64,000 nt of DNA from an uncultured Pelagibacteraceae bacterium (lineage in GTDB: Bacteria > Pseudomonadota > Alphaproteobacteria > Pelagibacterales > Pelagibacteraceae), in assembly GCA_902596205.1 (NCBI GenBank), contig CACJSY010000003.1, positions 54,859 through 118,858 of the forward strand, written 5' to 3'. Of the stretch, positions 11,156 through 20,693 are shown piece after piece. The position numbers were made by a program, and so were the translations under genes. Under the pieces are notes generated by a model, which ran no database searches, had not been told where the DNA came from, and worked only from the letters and a program-made list of their open reading frames with translations. Positions within the stretch are counted from its first letter, which is position 1, and every line of letters starts with the position of its first letter.

Positions 11156-11842
11156 TTATTTTTCTTCCTCAGGTGCTTTTTTAATAGCTTCTTCAATATC
11201 TTCATAAATATCATTTTGGTTTTCAATAATAGATTGCTCCTTAAAAAACTTACCTGTTCCAAAAATCGATTTATCAATTGATGAAGTATCAATTAGCCCT
11301 GCAGTACCGAGCTCATCAATGGTAGGTAGATCTGATAATTTTTGAATATTAAAATGATTTAAAAAATTTTCAGTTGTGGCGTAGAGAATCGGTTTTCCTG
11401 GAACATCTTTTCTACCTGCAGGTCTTACCCAATCAAGCTCAAGTAAGATTTCTAAAGTATTTGATGCAAATGAAACACCTCGAATTTCTTCAATTTCAGA
11501 TCTTGTTACAGGCTGATGATAAACTATGATCGCTAATGTTTCTATTGTAGCTTTAGATAATTTTTTTTGAGTAGATTTTTGTAGAGACATTAATTTGGAT
11601 AAATCATCAGCAGTTCTGAAAGACCATCTATTTTTTATACAAACTAAATTAATACCTCTATTTTTATAAATTTCTTTAATATTTTCTAATATTTTTTTTA
11701 TATTTGTATTTGTTTGAACTCTCTTTTCAATCGTTTCAATGTCTAAGGGCTCTGAGGCAGCAAATAAAATTGCCTCAACTTGTCTTTCTAACTTTGATGG
11801 TGCCGCAGGAAATTTTATTATGTTAGTTTTTTTATTAGGCAT
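11156..11842 (-). CDS. scpB: SMC-ScpAB complex subunit ScpB
   Basis: EAILFA, ETLAIIVYHQPVTRSEIEEIRGV, PGKPILYATT and LSDLP motifs. Confidence 0.96.
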   Translation of the reverse strand: MPNKKTNIIKFPAAPSKLERQVEAILFAASEPLDIETIEKRVQTNTNIKKILENIKEIYKNRGINLVCIKNRWSFRTADDLSKLMSLQKSTQKKLSKATIETLAIIVYHQPVTRSEIEEIRGVSFASNTLEILLELDWVRPAGRKDVPGKPILYATTENFLNHFNIQKLSDLPTIDELGTAGLIDTSSIDKSIFGTGKFFKEQSIIENQNDIYEDIEEAIKKAPEEEK

Positions 11843-11843
11843 A

Positions 11844-12578
11844 TTAAGTTTTTTTAATCATTAATTTATCAAACATTTTTTTTTGAGAAACTTGAACTAT
11901 CCCTTCTTTTGTAAGTTCTAAACTTGCTGCAAAAATTCCAGCAAAACCTGTTCGTTTCATTTTATTTTTTATGTAAAAATTTGGAATTAATTTTAAAATA
12001 TTTTCCCAATTATTTATTTTATCTAAATTATTTTTTATCTGTTTTATCCCCTCTTCAGTTGTTAGAACAGGTAATTTTGGTATACTTACATTTTGAAAAG
12101 TTTTTTGCATTTGAATGCCTGCGTAACATTTAAGCAATTCATAAAGTGAAACATCATAAACTGGTGTATTTATCGATCTTATTCCACCCTTCATGCCTCT
12201 TGTGAAAATATGAACACCTAACCTTTTTTTTTGAAGCATTTGATCTGATAAAATTCTTATTAACTCTAGCTTTTTGAGTTGTAATTTAAGTTTCTCAGCA
12301 ACTTCTAAAGCTTTGAAGTCGTCATCATTATCTTCTGGTAATAATAATTTAGATTTCAAGTATGCTAACCATGTAGCCATAAGCAAGTACTCTGATGCAG
12401 ACTCTAAATTTAAGTTTTTACTATTTTTGATAAATTCAAGGAATTGATCTGCTAGTTTAGTAATTGAAATTTCAGCCAGATCGACTTTTTGTGATTTGGC
12501 TAAATCTAACAATATTTCAAGAGGTCCACTATAATTAGGTATATTTATGGACATTTGATTAGTGCTATTTGATTCCAT
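11844..12578 (-). CDS. scpA: Segregation/condensation protein ScpA
   Basis: YSGPLEILLDL, YLLMATWLAYLKSKLLLP and FAASLEL motifs. ATG at 12578; an alternative TTG lies at 12584. Confidence 0.94.
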   Translation of the reverse strand: MESNSTNQMSINIPNYSGPLEILLDLAKSQKVDLAEISITKLADQFLEFIKNSKNLNLESASEYLLMATWLAYLKSKLLLPEDNDDDFKALEVAEKLKLQLKKLELIRILSDQMLQKKRLGVHIFTRGMKGGIRSINTPVYDVSLYELLKCYAGIQMQKTFQNVSIPKLPVLTTEEGIKQIKNNLDKINNWENILKLIPNFYIKNKMKRTGFAGIFAASLELTKEGIVQVSQKKMFDKLMIKKT

Positions 12579-12586
12579 TAACAATT

Positions 12587-13531
12587 TTACCTTAAAATTT
12601 TATAAATTTCTGATGTTTTTTTTGATGTAAAATTATCAATATATGGAACCGATTTTATCAATTTTAAGTTGTCTTTTATATTTCCAGAACAATATAAAAC
12701 CAAATTGCAACCAGCGTCTAATGATTTTTTGGCATTAGTTACTAAATCATATTTTAATGCCTTCATAGAAATATCATCTGACATCAAGATACCTTTGAAA
12801 CCTATTTTTTTTCTAATAATTTTTTTAATAATTTTCTTCGAAAAAGTTGCAACATTTTTTTTATCAATTTTGGAATAGAGTATGTGTGCTGTCATAGCTA
12901 GTTTAGCAGAAGTAAATTTAAAAGGGTAAAAGTCAATCCTATCAAGTGAGCTTTCGCTTAATTTTATTTTAGGCATTATTAAGTGACTGTCTTGAGTGGT
13001 ACCCCCATGACCTGGAATATGTTTTATTACAGAAATAATTTTGTTTTTATGACATGAATTAATGGTAACTTCACCTAATTTTTTTACAATTTCTTTTCTT
13101 TTAGAGAAACTTCTGTTTCCTATTATTTTATTTGTATTATTTCTTAGGACATCTAACACTGGAATAGTGTTTACATTAACGCCGATTTTTTTTAATTTAT
13201 TACAAAGTGAATTCAAATAAGTTTTATATAATTCAATTGCAATTTTTTGGTCTGTTAAGTAAAGATTTCCAAAAAAAGTCGCATTTAAATCATGTTGAAT
13301 AATACTTTCCATTCTTGATACTTTTGCACCTTCTTCATCAATCAAAATAGGAAATTTATCATCCTGGGCGTATTTCCTTATTTTTTTGGTTAAATTTACA
13401 ATTTGATTAAATGATTTAATATTCCTTTTAAATAAGATTAAACCCCAAGGTTTTTCATTAGATAAAAGTACTTTTTCTTTATTACTTAAGTTAGTTCCTT
13501 TAATACTAACTATAATAGCTTTTTTTTTCAT
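12587..13531 (-). CDS. nagZ: Beta-N-acetylhexosaminidase (GH3)
   Basis: IDEEG, KHIPGHG, DSH and SDDISM motifs. Confidence 0.93.
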   Translation of the reverse strand: MKKKAIIVSIKGTNLSNKEKVLLSNEKPWGLILFKRNIKSFNQIVNLTKKIRKYAQDDKFPILIDEEGAKVSRMESIIQHDLNATFFGNLYLTDQKIAIELYKTYLNSLCNKLKKIGVNVNTIPVLDVLRNNTNKIIGNRSFSKRKEIVKKLGEVTINSCHKNKIISVIKHIPGHGGTTQDSHLIMPKIKLSESSLDRIDFYPFKFTSAKLAMTAHILYSKIDKKNVATFSKKIIKKIIRKKIGFKGILMSDDISMKALKYDLVTNAKKSLDAGCNLVLYCSGNIKDNLKLIKSVPYIDNFTSKKTSEIYKILR

Positions 13532-13794
13532 TGAGTTTTAAGTAAATCCCAAAAGCGTCTTTGTTTTTCTTTTTTTTTGATATTTGAATAACCATCATTA
13601 AATTCTATGACATTATTGGTATCATCATTTAATATTGGCAAATTTGATATTTTAGTGTTTATAATTTCATTTATATTATCTCTATTGTAACTCTTCAATT
13701 CTGCATTTTTATTTGAAGAATAATATTGAAAAATACTTAAGAAAAATAATATAACTAAAATAATCATGAAGATATTTAATAATTTCATCATCAC
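13528..13794 (-). CDS. Small bitopic membrane protein in the ftsN syntenic position
   Basis: 88 aa with an N-terminal hydrophobic helix. It overlaps the argS stop and the nagZ start by 4 bp each. Confidence 0.75.
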   Translation of the reverse strand: MMMKLLNIFMIILVILFFLSIFQYYSSNKNAELKSYNRDNINEIINTKISNLPILNDDTNNVIEFNDGYSNIKKKEKQRRFWDLLKTQ

Positions 13795-15515
13795 ATTTTG
13801 TCTGGCAAAGACACACCAAGTATCCCCATTCCATTTTGAATTACCACAGCGACAAGGTTAACTACTGCAATAATTTCCTTTCTTTTAATTCTTTTATTTT
13901 CAATAAACTTATAATTTTGATCATCATTTCCTTTGCTCCAATAAGCATGGAATAATGTTGAAAGGTCATATAAAAAATAAGGAATTTTATGTAAGTCAAA
14001 TTTTCTTGAGGCTGACTCTATTATTTTGGGCCATTCGAAAACTTTTCTAATTATTTTTTTTTCTACGTCATTTGGATTAAAATTTTTTTCATCTAAATCA
14101 ACTTTTTTGATGAAATTTGTATTTAATGTTCTTAAAAGAGAATTTATCCTTGCATAAGCGTACTGAACATAAAAAACAGGATTTTCTTTTGTTTTTTCCT
14201 TAACTTTATCAAAATCAAAATCTAATTCGACATCGTTGCTTCTGTTTAACATCATAAATCTAATTGGATCCTTATTAACCTCTTTTAAAAGATCTTGGGC
14301 AGAAATAAAATCTCCAGCCCTTTTCGACATTTTGAAAGGTTCACCATTTTTAAAAAGCTTTACTAATTGGCAAACTTTACAGTTAAGTGTTGTTTTATTT
14401 TCTGACAAAGCGGAAACAGCGGCGGTTATCCTTTTTATATAGCCTGTATGATCTGCCCCTAATATATTTATTAAATGGTCATATTTTCTATTTACTTTAT
14501 CCATGTGATAAGCAACATCATTAGCAAAATAAGTCCATGATCCATCATTTTTTTGTAGAGATCTATCAGTATCATCACCAAATAAAGTTGATTTAAAAAT
14601 TAACCTTTTTATCTTTTTCCAATTTTCGTCTGTCTCACCTTTAGGAGGCTCAAGATAACCTTCTTTTACATAATTTTTGCTTTTAAGTTTTTTGACCGCA
14701 ATGTTAACTAAATCCTTGTTTACTATTTCTGTTTCAGAAAAAAAATTATCATGAGATATTCCTAATTTTTTTAAATCTTGTTTGATTAAATCCATTGATA
14801 TCTTTAAAGACTCTTTTTTTATCAAATCAAAATTTATGTCTAGTTTTTTAAAATCGATTTTATTATTCTCCTTAAGTATTTTTGCTGCGATATCTTTGAT
14901 ATATAATCCTGGATATAGATTTTTATTTTGAGGATATTTTTCTTTAAACTTAATCTCTCTTATTCTTAAGAAAACAGATTCTACAAAATTTTTAATTTGA
15001 TTGCCGTAATCATTAATATAATATTCTTTAGTAACTTCATTTCCATTGAATTTTAATAAATTAGCTAAAACATCTCCAAAAACTGCTCCTCTGCAATGAC
15101 CAACATGCATCGGCCCAGTAGGGTTAGCAGAGACAAATTCAATATTATAGGTTTCATTTGTTTCGAAAGATCCGTAGGCTTTTTTGTTTTTTAAAATTAA
15201 ATTAATATTATTAATTATCGCCTTATTAGAGAGATTGATGTTTAAAAAACCAGGTCCTGCTATTTCTATTTCTGAAAAATTACTTATTTTTTCTAAAAAT
15301 ACTTTTTTAAATTTTTCTGCTAGTATTTTTGGGTCTTGATTGTTTTCTTTAGCAAGAACCAAAGCTATGTTACAAGATAAATCATAATTAAATTTTTCAG
15401 GAGGAATTTCTAAATTTATACTATCCAGGTTCCCAACTTTATCTAATTTAAGAATACTCTTTTTTTTTACAGTTAGGTTTTTAATTTCTAATAAGTGATG
15501 TTCAAAAATATTCAT
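13791..15515 (-). CDS. argS: Arginine--tRNA ligase
   Basis: EFVSANPTGPMHVGH, GADHTGY, KMSKR and YVQYAYARI motifs. Confidence 0.98.
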   Translation of the reverse strand: MNIFEHHLLEIKNLTVKKKSILKLDKVGNLDSINLEIPPEKFNYDLSCNIALVLAKENNQDPKILAEKFKKVFLEKISNFSEIEIAGPGFLNINLSNKAIINNINLILKNKKAYGSFETNETYNIEFVSANPTGPMHVGHCRGAVFGDVLANLLKFNGNEVTKEYYINDYGNQIKNFVESVFLRIREIKFKEKYPQNKNLYPGLYIKDIAAKILKENNKIDFKKLDINFDLIKKESLKISMDLIKQDLKKLGISHDNFFSETEIVNKDLVNIAVKKLKSKNYVKEGYLEPPKGETDENWKKIKRLIFKSTLFGDDTDRSLQKNDGSWTYFANDVAYHMDKVNRKYDHLINILGADHTGYIKRITAAVSALSENKTTLNCKVCQLVKLFKNGEPFKMSKRAGDFISAQDLLKEVNKDPIRFMMLNRSNDVELDFDFDKVKEKTKENPVFYVQYAYARINSLLRTLNTNFIKKVDLDEKNFNPNDVEKKIIRKVFEWPKIIESASRKFDLHKIPYFLYDLSTLFHAYWSKGNDDQNYKFIENKRIKRKEIIAVVNLVAVVIQNGMGILGVSLPDKM

Positions 15516-16651
15516 TTTATTTGATTATATAGATTTATTGCATATCTATCAGTCATACCAGCAATATAATCACATATAATACGCATTATATTTGAATTAC
15601 TGTATTTTTTTACATTTATATATTTTTTGGGATTCTTTTTTATTTCAGTGAACAATTTATAAATAACTTTTTTGCCAAATTTGGTTTTTGAATTTACGTC
15701 TTTATGAAAGTACATTTTTTTTTGTAAAAAATTTTTAATTTTTTTATCAAATATCATCATCTTTTGTGAAAAAGAAACTAGTGGAATTTTAGATTTGTAA
15801 ACGTCATTTAAATTTTTTATTTTATTTTTTTTAATATTTTTTTGAGTTGTAATTATTACATCTCTTACCATTTCGTTTATAACTTCTCTTATAATTTGTC
15901 TAATTACTAAATCGATAGAGTGTTTTTTTAATTTTTTTGAATGTTTAGAAATTATTGAATTTAGAATAGGTATATCTTTTAAATTTTTTAATTCAAATAA
16001 ATTAGATTTCAACCCGTCTTCAAGATCGTGACTATTATATGCTATATCGTCTGAAATAGATGCTATTTGAGCCTCTAAAGAGGAATATAAAGAAAAATTA
16101 ATTTTTTTTTTAAAAAAATTTCTACCAAGAATTTGATCAAGTTTTTTTACATTATTCAAAGGTCCATTATGCTTAATTAAGCCATCTAATGTTTCAATAG
16201 AAAGGTTCAGTCCCTTAAAATTATAATATCTATTTTCTAAAATAGTAATAATTCTTAATGTTTGTATATTATGATCAAAACCACCAAAATTTTTCATACA
16301 ATTATTTAATACTTCTTCTCCAGCGTGACCAAATGGAGTATGACCTAAATCATGTGCCAGACTGAGAGATTCAGATAAATCTTCATTTAAACGAAAGAAT
16401 TTTGATAAAGTTCTAGCTATTTGTGATACTTCAAGTGAGTGTGTTATACGGGTTCTAAAATGATCACCAGTGGTATTAACGAAAACTTGAGTTTTGTGTT
16501 TTAATCTTCTAAATGCTGTAGAGTGAATAATTCTGTCTCTGTCTCGTTGAAAATCGTTTCTTAAATTAGTTTTTTTCTCTTTAAAAAAACGACCTTTTGA
16601 CAATTTTGGTACAGCTAAATTAGACAATTTATCAATTGATTTTTTTTGCAT
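15512..16651 (-). CDS. dgt: dGTP triphosphohydrolase (HD domain)
   Basis: FQRDRDRIIHS, RTRITHSLEV, HDLGHTPFGH and DYIAGMTD motifs. Confidence 0.95.
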   Translation of the reverse strand: MQKKSIDKLSNLAVPKLSKGRFFKEKKTNLRNDFQRDRDRIIHSTAFRRLKHKTQVFVNTTGDHFRTRITHSLEVSQIARTLSKFFRLNEDLSESLSLAHDLGHTPFGHAGEEVLNNCMKNFGGFDHNIQTLRIITILENRYYNFKGLNLSIETLDGLIKHNGPLNNVKKLDQILGRNFFKKKINFSLYSSLEAQIASISDDIAYNSHDLEDGLKSNLFELKNLKDIPILNSIISKHSKKLKKHSIDLVIRQIIREVINEMVRDVIITTQKNIKKNKIKNLNDVYKSKIPLVSFSQKMMIFDKKIKNFLQKKMYFHKDVNSKTKFGKKVIYKLFTEIKKNPKKYINVKKYSNSNIMRIICDYIAGMTDRYAINLYNQIK

Positions 16652-16689
16652 GGTAACTACATAGAATATATACTAGATATACTACCTTT

Positions 16690-17004
16690 ATGGAAAAAAA
16701 ATTAAGTTTTACAGATCAAGCATTAAATCAAATTAACAAAATAACTGTGGGTGAAGATAAAAAATATTTTAGAATCACAGTACAAGGTGGTGGGTGCTCT
16801 GGATTTAAATATAGTTTTGGTTTTGATAAAAAACCAAATTCTGATGATATAATATTTAATAAAGCGATAATTGATAAATCTTCTTTAGAAATTATTGCGG
16901 GTTCTTCAATTGACTTTAAAAAAGAGATGATTGGAGAATCTTTTGTTATTAAAAATCCAAAAGCTACTGCTTCCTGTGGATGTGGATTATCATTTTCTAT
17001 TTAA
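16690..17004 (+). CDS. erpA: A-type Fe-S cluster carrier (HesB/IscA/ErpA family)
   Basis: GGGCSGF and NP-x5-CGCGLSF motifs; dgt/xth synteny. Confidence 0.88.
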   Translation: MEKKLSFTDQALNQINKITVGEDKKYFRITVQGGGCSGFKYSFGFDKKPNSDDIIFNKAIIDKSSLEIIAGSSIDFKKEMIGESFVIKNPKATASCGCGLSFSI

Positions 17005-17780
17005 TGAAAATTTCATCTTGGAATGTCAATTCCGTTAGAGCAAGAATAAAAAATATTAATGATTACATTAAAGACTCTTCTCCTGATGTTCTCTTGCTTC
17101 AAGAAATTAAAACACAAAACGAAAATTTTCCAAATGATGAGTTTAAAAAATTAGGATATCTATCATATGTATTTGGTCAAAAAAGTTACAATGGGGTTGC
17201 AATTATTTCTAAAAATGAATTAAATAATATAAATAAAAGTTTTATTAAAGATAATTTAAATCAAGCACGAATAATCACTGCTGAATTAAAATTAAAAAGT
17301 AAAAAGTTAGAACTAATAAATATTTATGTTCCCAATGGAAATCCTGTAGATACAGAAAAATATGAATATAAAAAGGAATGGTTAAAAAAATTTATTACAA
17401 ATATTGAAAAAAAAATTCAGAAAAACTCAAATATTCTTATCGCTGGAGATTTTAATATTATACCTGAGGAAATAGACGTTCATGATTTTAAAAGATATGA
17501 AAATGACGCTTTAGGTCGATTAGAAATTAGAAAAAAATATAGAGAACTTATTAATTTGGGTTTTAAAGATGTTTATCGATTTAAAAACAAAGCAAAACAA
17601 GAATATACTTTTTGGGACTATTTTGCTGGATCATGGCAGAAAAACTATGGTATGAGAATAGACCATTTTTTACTTTCAAATAGTTTAATTGAAAATGTAA
17701 AATCAATTAAGATAAATAAAAAACCAAGATCTAAAGAAAAACCATCTGATCACACACCAATTGAGCTAGTAATTATTTAA
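17004..17780 (+). CDS. xth: Exodeoxyribonuclease III
   Basis: SWNVNS, LQEIK, YNGVA, GDFN, RIDH and SDH motifs. The true start is ATG 17004, overlapping the erpA stop (TAATG). Confidence 0.96.
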   Translation: MKISSWNVNSVRARIKNINDYIKDSSPDVLLLQEIKTQNENFPNDEFKKLGYLSYVFGQKSYNGVAIISKNELNNINKSFIKDNLNQARIITAELKLKSKKLELINIYVPNGNPVDTEKYEYKKEWLKKFITNIEKKIQKNSNILIAGDFNIIPEEIDVHDFKRYENDALGRLEIRKKYRELINLGFKDVYRFKNKAKQEYTFWDYFAGSWQKNYGMRIDHFLLSNSLIENVKSIKINKKPRSKEKPSDHTPIELVII

Positions 17781-18975
17781 CTCTACCGTATATATCTTGA
17801 TATCTAACAATATCTGTTTCTTTTAAAATTGAACCTAGTTGAGCTTCAATTATCTTAACAGGTTTTTTATAGGGATTTTCAATTCTGTGTTTAGATTTTA
17901 CAGGAATAAAAATAGTTTCATTAGGTTTTAAAGTAAATTTTTGTTTATTTAATGTAATTTTTGGAGTTCCTTGAGTTATGAGCCAATGTTCAGAACGATG
18001 AAAATGTTTTTGAAGACTTAAAACTCCTTTAGGTTTTACATAAATTTCTTTAATTAAAAAATTTTTACCATTATACAGGTTTATATACCTACCCCAAGGT
18101 CTGTAAAAAATATTTTTCTTTTTTTGATATTTACCCTTCAATTTTTCATAGACTTTACAAATTTCTTTCCAACTACCTAAATCAGACCAAGGTATATTTA
18201 AGTTTATAGCATTTATGTCTTTTGATTTTTCTAAAATTGCGTAATCAAAAGAAATTGCTTTGCATTTTAAAAAGTCAATTTTATTGAGATAATAAATATT
18301 ATTTTTAAATTTTGATTTATCTACAGAATTGAAACAATGATTAAAGTTTTTGTTTTGATACTTCTTAAAATTATTAATTATTGATTTTTTTGTTAGAAAA
18401 AACATTCCTGAATTCCAGTAAGCATTTTTTTTAATGATTTTTTTTGCTTTTTTTAAATTTGGTTTTTCAATAAATTTTGTAACTTTATATTTATTGCTAA
18501 CTCTTTTTGATAAAAAGTAACCAAACTCAGATGACGGATTTGAGGGTTTAATACCAAATATAAAAATATTTTTATCTGTTAAGTATTTTTTGTGTTGTTT
18601 AATAGATTTATATAACAGATTTGTTTTCTCAATTAAATGATCTGAAGTTAAAAAAATTAAAGGTTGATTCTCAGGTATTTCTTCTATTAATGCTGAACTG
18701 AGTATAGCAGGAGCAGTATTTCTTTTTGCTGGTTCAACGATAATTTTATATTTCTTTAAACCTTTTAATTTTAAACTTTTTTTAATTTCCCTTATATATT
18801 TTTTATTAGTACTTATTATTGGATAATCAAATATAGAATTTTTTATCCTCTCTAGAGTTTTTCCGAATAACGTCCAATTTCCAAAATCAATAAACTGCTT
18901 AGGTTGATGATGTTTTTGATCGGGCCATAGTCTCGTACCAGAACCGCCACATAAAATTACTGGACGTATTTTCAT
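17773..18975 (-). CDS. manC: Mannose-1-phosphate guanylyltransferase/mannose-6-phosphate isomerase
   Basis: GGSGTRLWP, PKQF, RNTAPA, FIEKP, WNSGMF and WSDLGSW motifs; cupin domain RPWG...SLQKHFHRSEHW. Confidence 0.9.
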   Translation of the reverse strand: MKIRPVILCGGSGTRLWPDQKHHQPKQFIDFGNWTLFGKTLERIKNSIFDYPIISTNKKYIREIKKSLKLKGLKKYKIIVEPAKRNTAPAILSSALIEEIPENQPLIFLTSDHLIEKTNLLYKSIKQHKKYLTDKNIFIFGIKPSNPSSEFGYFLSKRVSNKYKVTKFIEKPNLKKAKKIIKKNAYWNSGMFFLTKKSIINNFKKYQNKNFNHCFNSVDKSKFKNNIYYLNKIDFLKCKAISFDYAILEKSKDINAINLNIPWSDLGSWKEICKVYEKLKGKYQKKKNIFYRPWGRYINLYNGKNFLIKEIYVKPKGVLSLQKHFHRSEHWLITQGTPKITLNKQKFTLKPNETIFIPVKSKHRIENPYKKPVKIIEAQLGSILKETDIVRYQDIYGRVK

Positions 18976-20693
18976 TAAATTTTTGAATATTCTTTAACTT
19001 CTTTTTTCTTACCTGGATGTGTTGGAGCGCCGAGATAAGCAGGTCCTACCGTTTGAGCATATTTCCAAATCGTTCCCGATCCAAAACTTGATTTTTTTTC
19101 TTTCCATTTTTTTCTTCTAGCTTTTAATTGTGCACTAGTAAGCCTTACATTAATTGATCCTTTTTTTGCGTCTATATCTATTACATCTCCATTTTTAAGA
19201 AGTGCAATTGGACCACCCATTGCAGCCTCTGGGCCAACGTGACCAACACAGAAACCTCTAGTAGCTCCCGAAAACCTTCCATCAGTTATAAGTGCAACTT
19301 TTTCACCTTTGCCTTGTCCATAAATAGCTCCAGTTGTTGAAAGCATTTCCCTCATTCCTGGTCCACCTTTTGGGCCTTCGTATCTGATTATTATTACATC
19401 ACCGTCCTTATATTTTTTTGTCTGTACTGCTTTCATTGCATCTTCTTCATTATCAAAACATCTAGCTTTACCTGTGAATTGTAATTTTTTTAGTCCTGCA
19501 ATTTTTACGATCGCTCCGTCTGGAGCTAAATTACCTTTTAATCCAACAACTCCACCATCTGGAGAAAGGGGATTATTATATTCTCTTAAAACTTTTTGGT
19601 TAGCATTAAACTTAATATTCGCTAAATTGTCTTTCATGGTTTTACCTGTAACTGTCATACACTCGCCATGAATATATCCGCCGTCATATAAAGTTTTTAA
19701 TAACATAGGAACGCCGCCAGCTTCCCACATGTCTTTTGCAACGTATTTTCCTCCAGGTTTTAAATCTGCAAGATAAGGGGTTTTTTTAAATATTTTTGCA
19801 ACGTCCATTAAGTCAAATTTAACTCCTATCTCATTAGCAAGTGCAGGTAAATGAAGGGCTGCATTAGTAGAGCCTCCAGTTGCGGCCACAATTGTTGCTG
19901 CATTTTCTAAAGATTTTTTAGTAACTATTTCTCTTGGTTTAATTTTTTTTTCTAATAAATTCATTACTGCTTGACCACTTTCATAAGCATATTTATCTCT
20001 TTCCTCATAAGGGGCTGGCGTCCCAGCTGAATAAGGTAAGGCCAATCCTATCGCTTCAGATACACACGCCATTGTGTTAGCTGTAAATTGACCTCCGCAA
20101 GCCCCAGCACTTGGACAAGCTACCAATTCTAATTCTCTTAATTCTTCAGAGGACATTTTACCTGAGGAATGTTTGCCTACTGCTTCAAACACATCTACAA
20201 CTGTAACATCTTTTCCTTTAAATTTTCCTGGCAAAATTGATCCACCATAAATGAACACACTAGGTACATTCAATCTCAACATGGACATCATCAAGCCTGG
20301 AAGAGATTTATCACATCCAGCGATACCAACTAATGCATCATAACAATGTCCTCTCACTGTCAGTTCAGCTGAGTCTGCTATGACTTCTCTGGAAATTAAA
20401 GATGATTTCATTCCCTCATGACCCATGGCAATACCATCTGTCACGGTTATAGTACAAAACTCTCTTGGCGTTCCACCAGATTGTTTTACTCCTTTTTTTA
20501 CAGACTGTGCCTGTCGCATTAAAGCTGTATTGCAAGGTGCAGCTTCGTTCCACGTGGATACTACACCTACAAACGGCTTCGCTACATCCTGTTCGGTTTC
20601 TCCCATTGCATAGTAAAAAGATCTATGTGGAGCTCTATCTGGGCCTAAAGAAGTATGACGACTTGGTAGTTTTTTTTTATCAATTTTAGACAT
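18975..20693 (-). CDS. ilvD: Dihydroxy-acid dehydratase
   Basis: [38 protein letters not shown] and TDGRFSG motifs. Confidence 0.96.
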   Translation of the reverse strand: MSKIDKKKLPSRHTSLGPDRAPHRSFYYAMGETEQDVAKPFVGVVSTWNEAAPCNTALMRQAQSVKKGVKQSGGTPREFCTITVTDGIAMGHEGMKSSLISREVIADSAELTVRGHCYDALVGIAGCDKSLPGLMMSMLRLNVPSVFIYGGSILPGKFKGKDVTVVDVFEAVGKHSSGKMSSEELRELELVACPSAGACGGQFTANTMACVSEAIGLALPYSAGTPAPYEERDKYAYESGQAVMNLLEKKIKPREIVTKKSLENAATIVAATGGSTNAALHLPALANEIGVKFDLMDVAKIFKKTPYLADLKPGGKYVAKDMWEAGGVPMLLKTLYDGGYIHGECMTVTGKTMKDNLANIKFNANQKVLREYNNPLSPDGGVVGLKGNLAPDGAIVKIAGLKKLQFTGKARCFDNEEDAMKAVQTKKYKDGDVIIIRYEGPKGGPGMREMLSTTGAIYGQGKGEKVALITDGRFSGATRGFCVGHVGPEAAMGGPIALLKNGDVIDIDAKKGSINVRLTSAQLKARRKKWKEKKSSFGSGTIWKYAQTVGPAYLGAPTHPGKKKEVKEYSKI

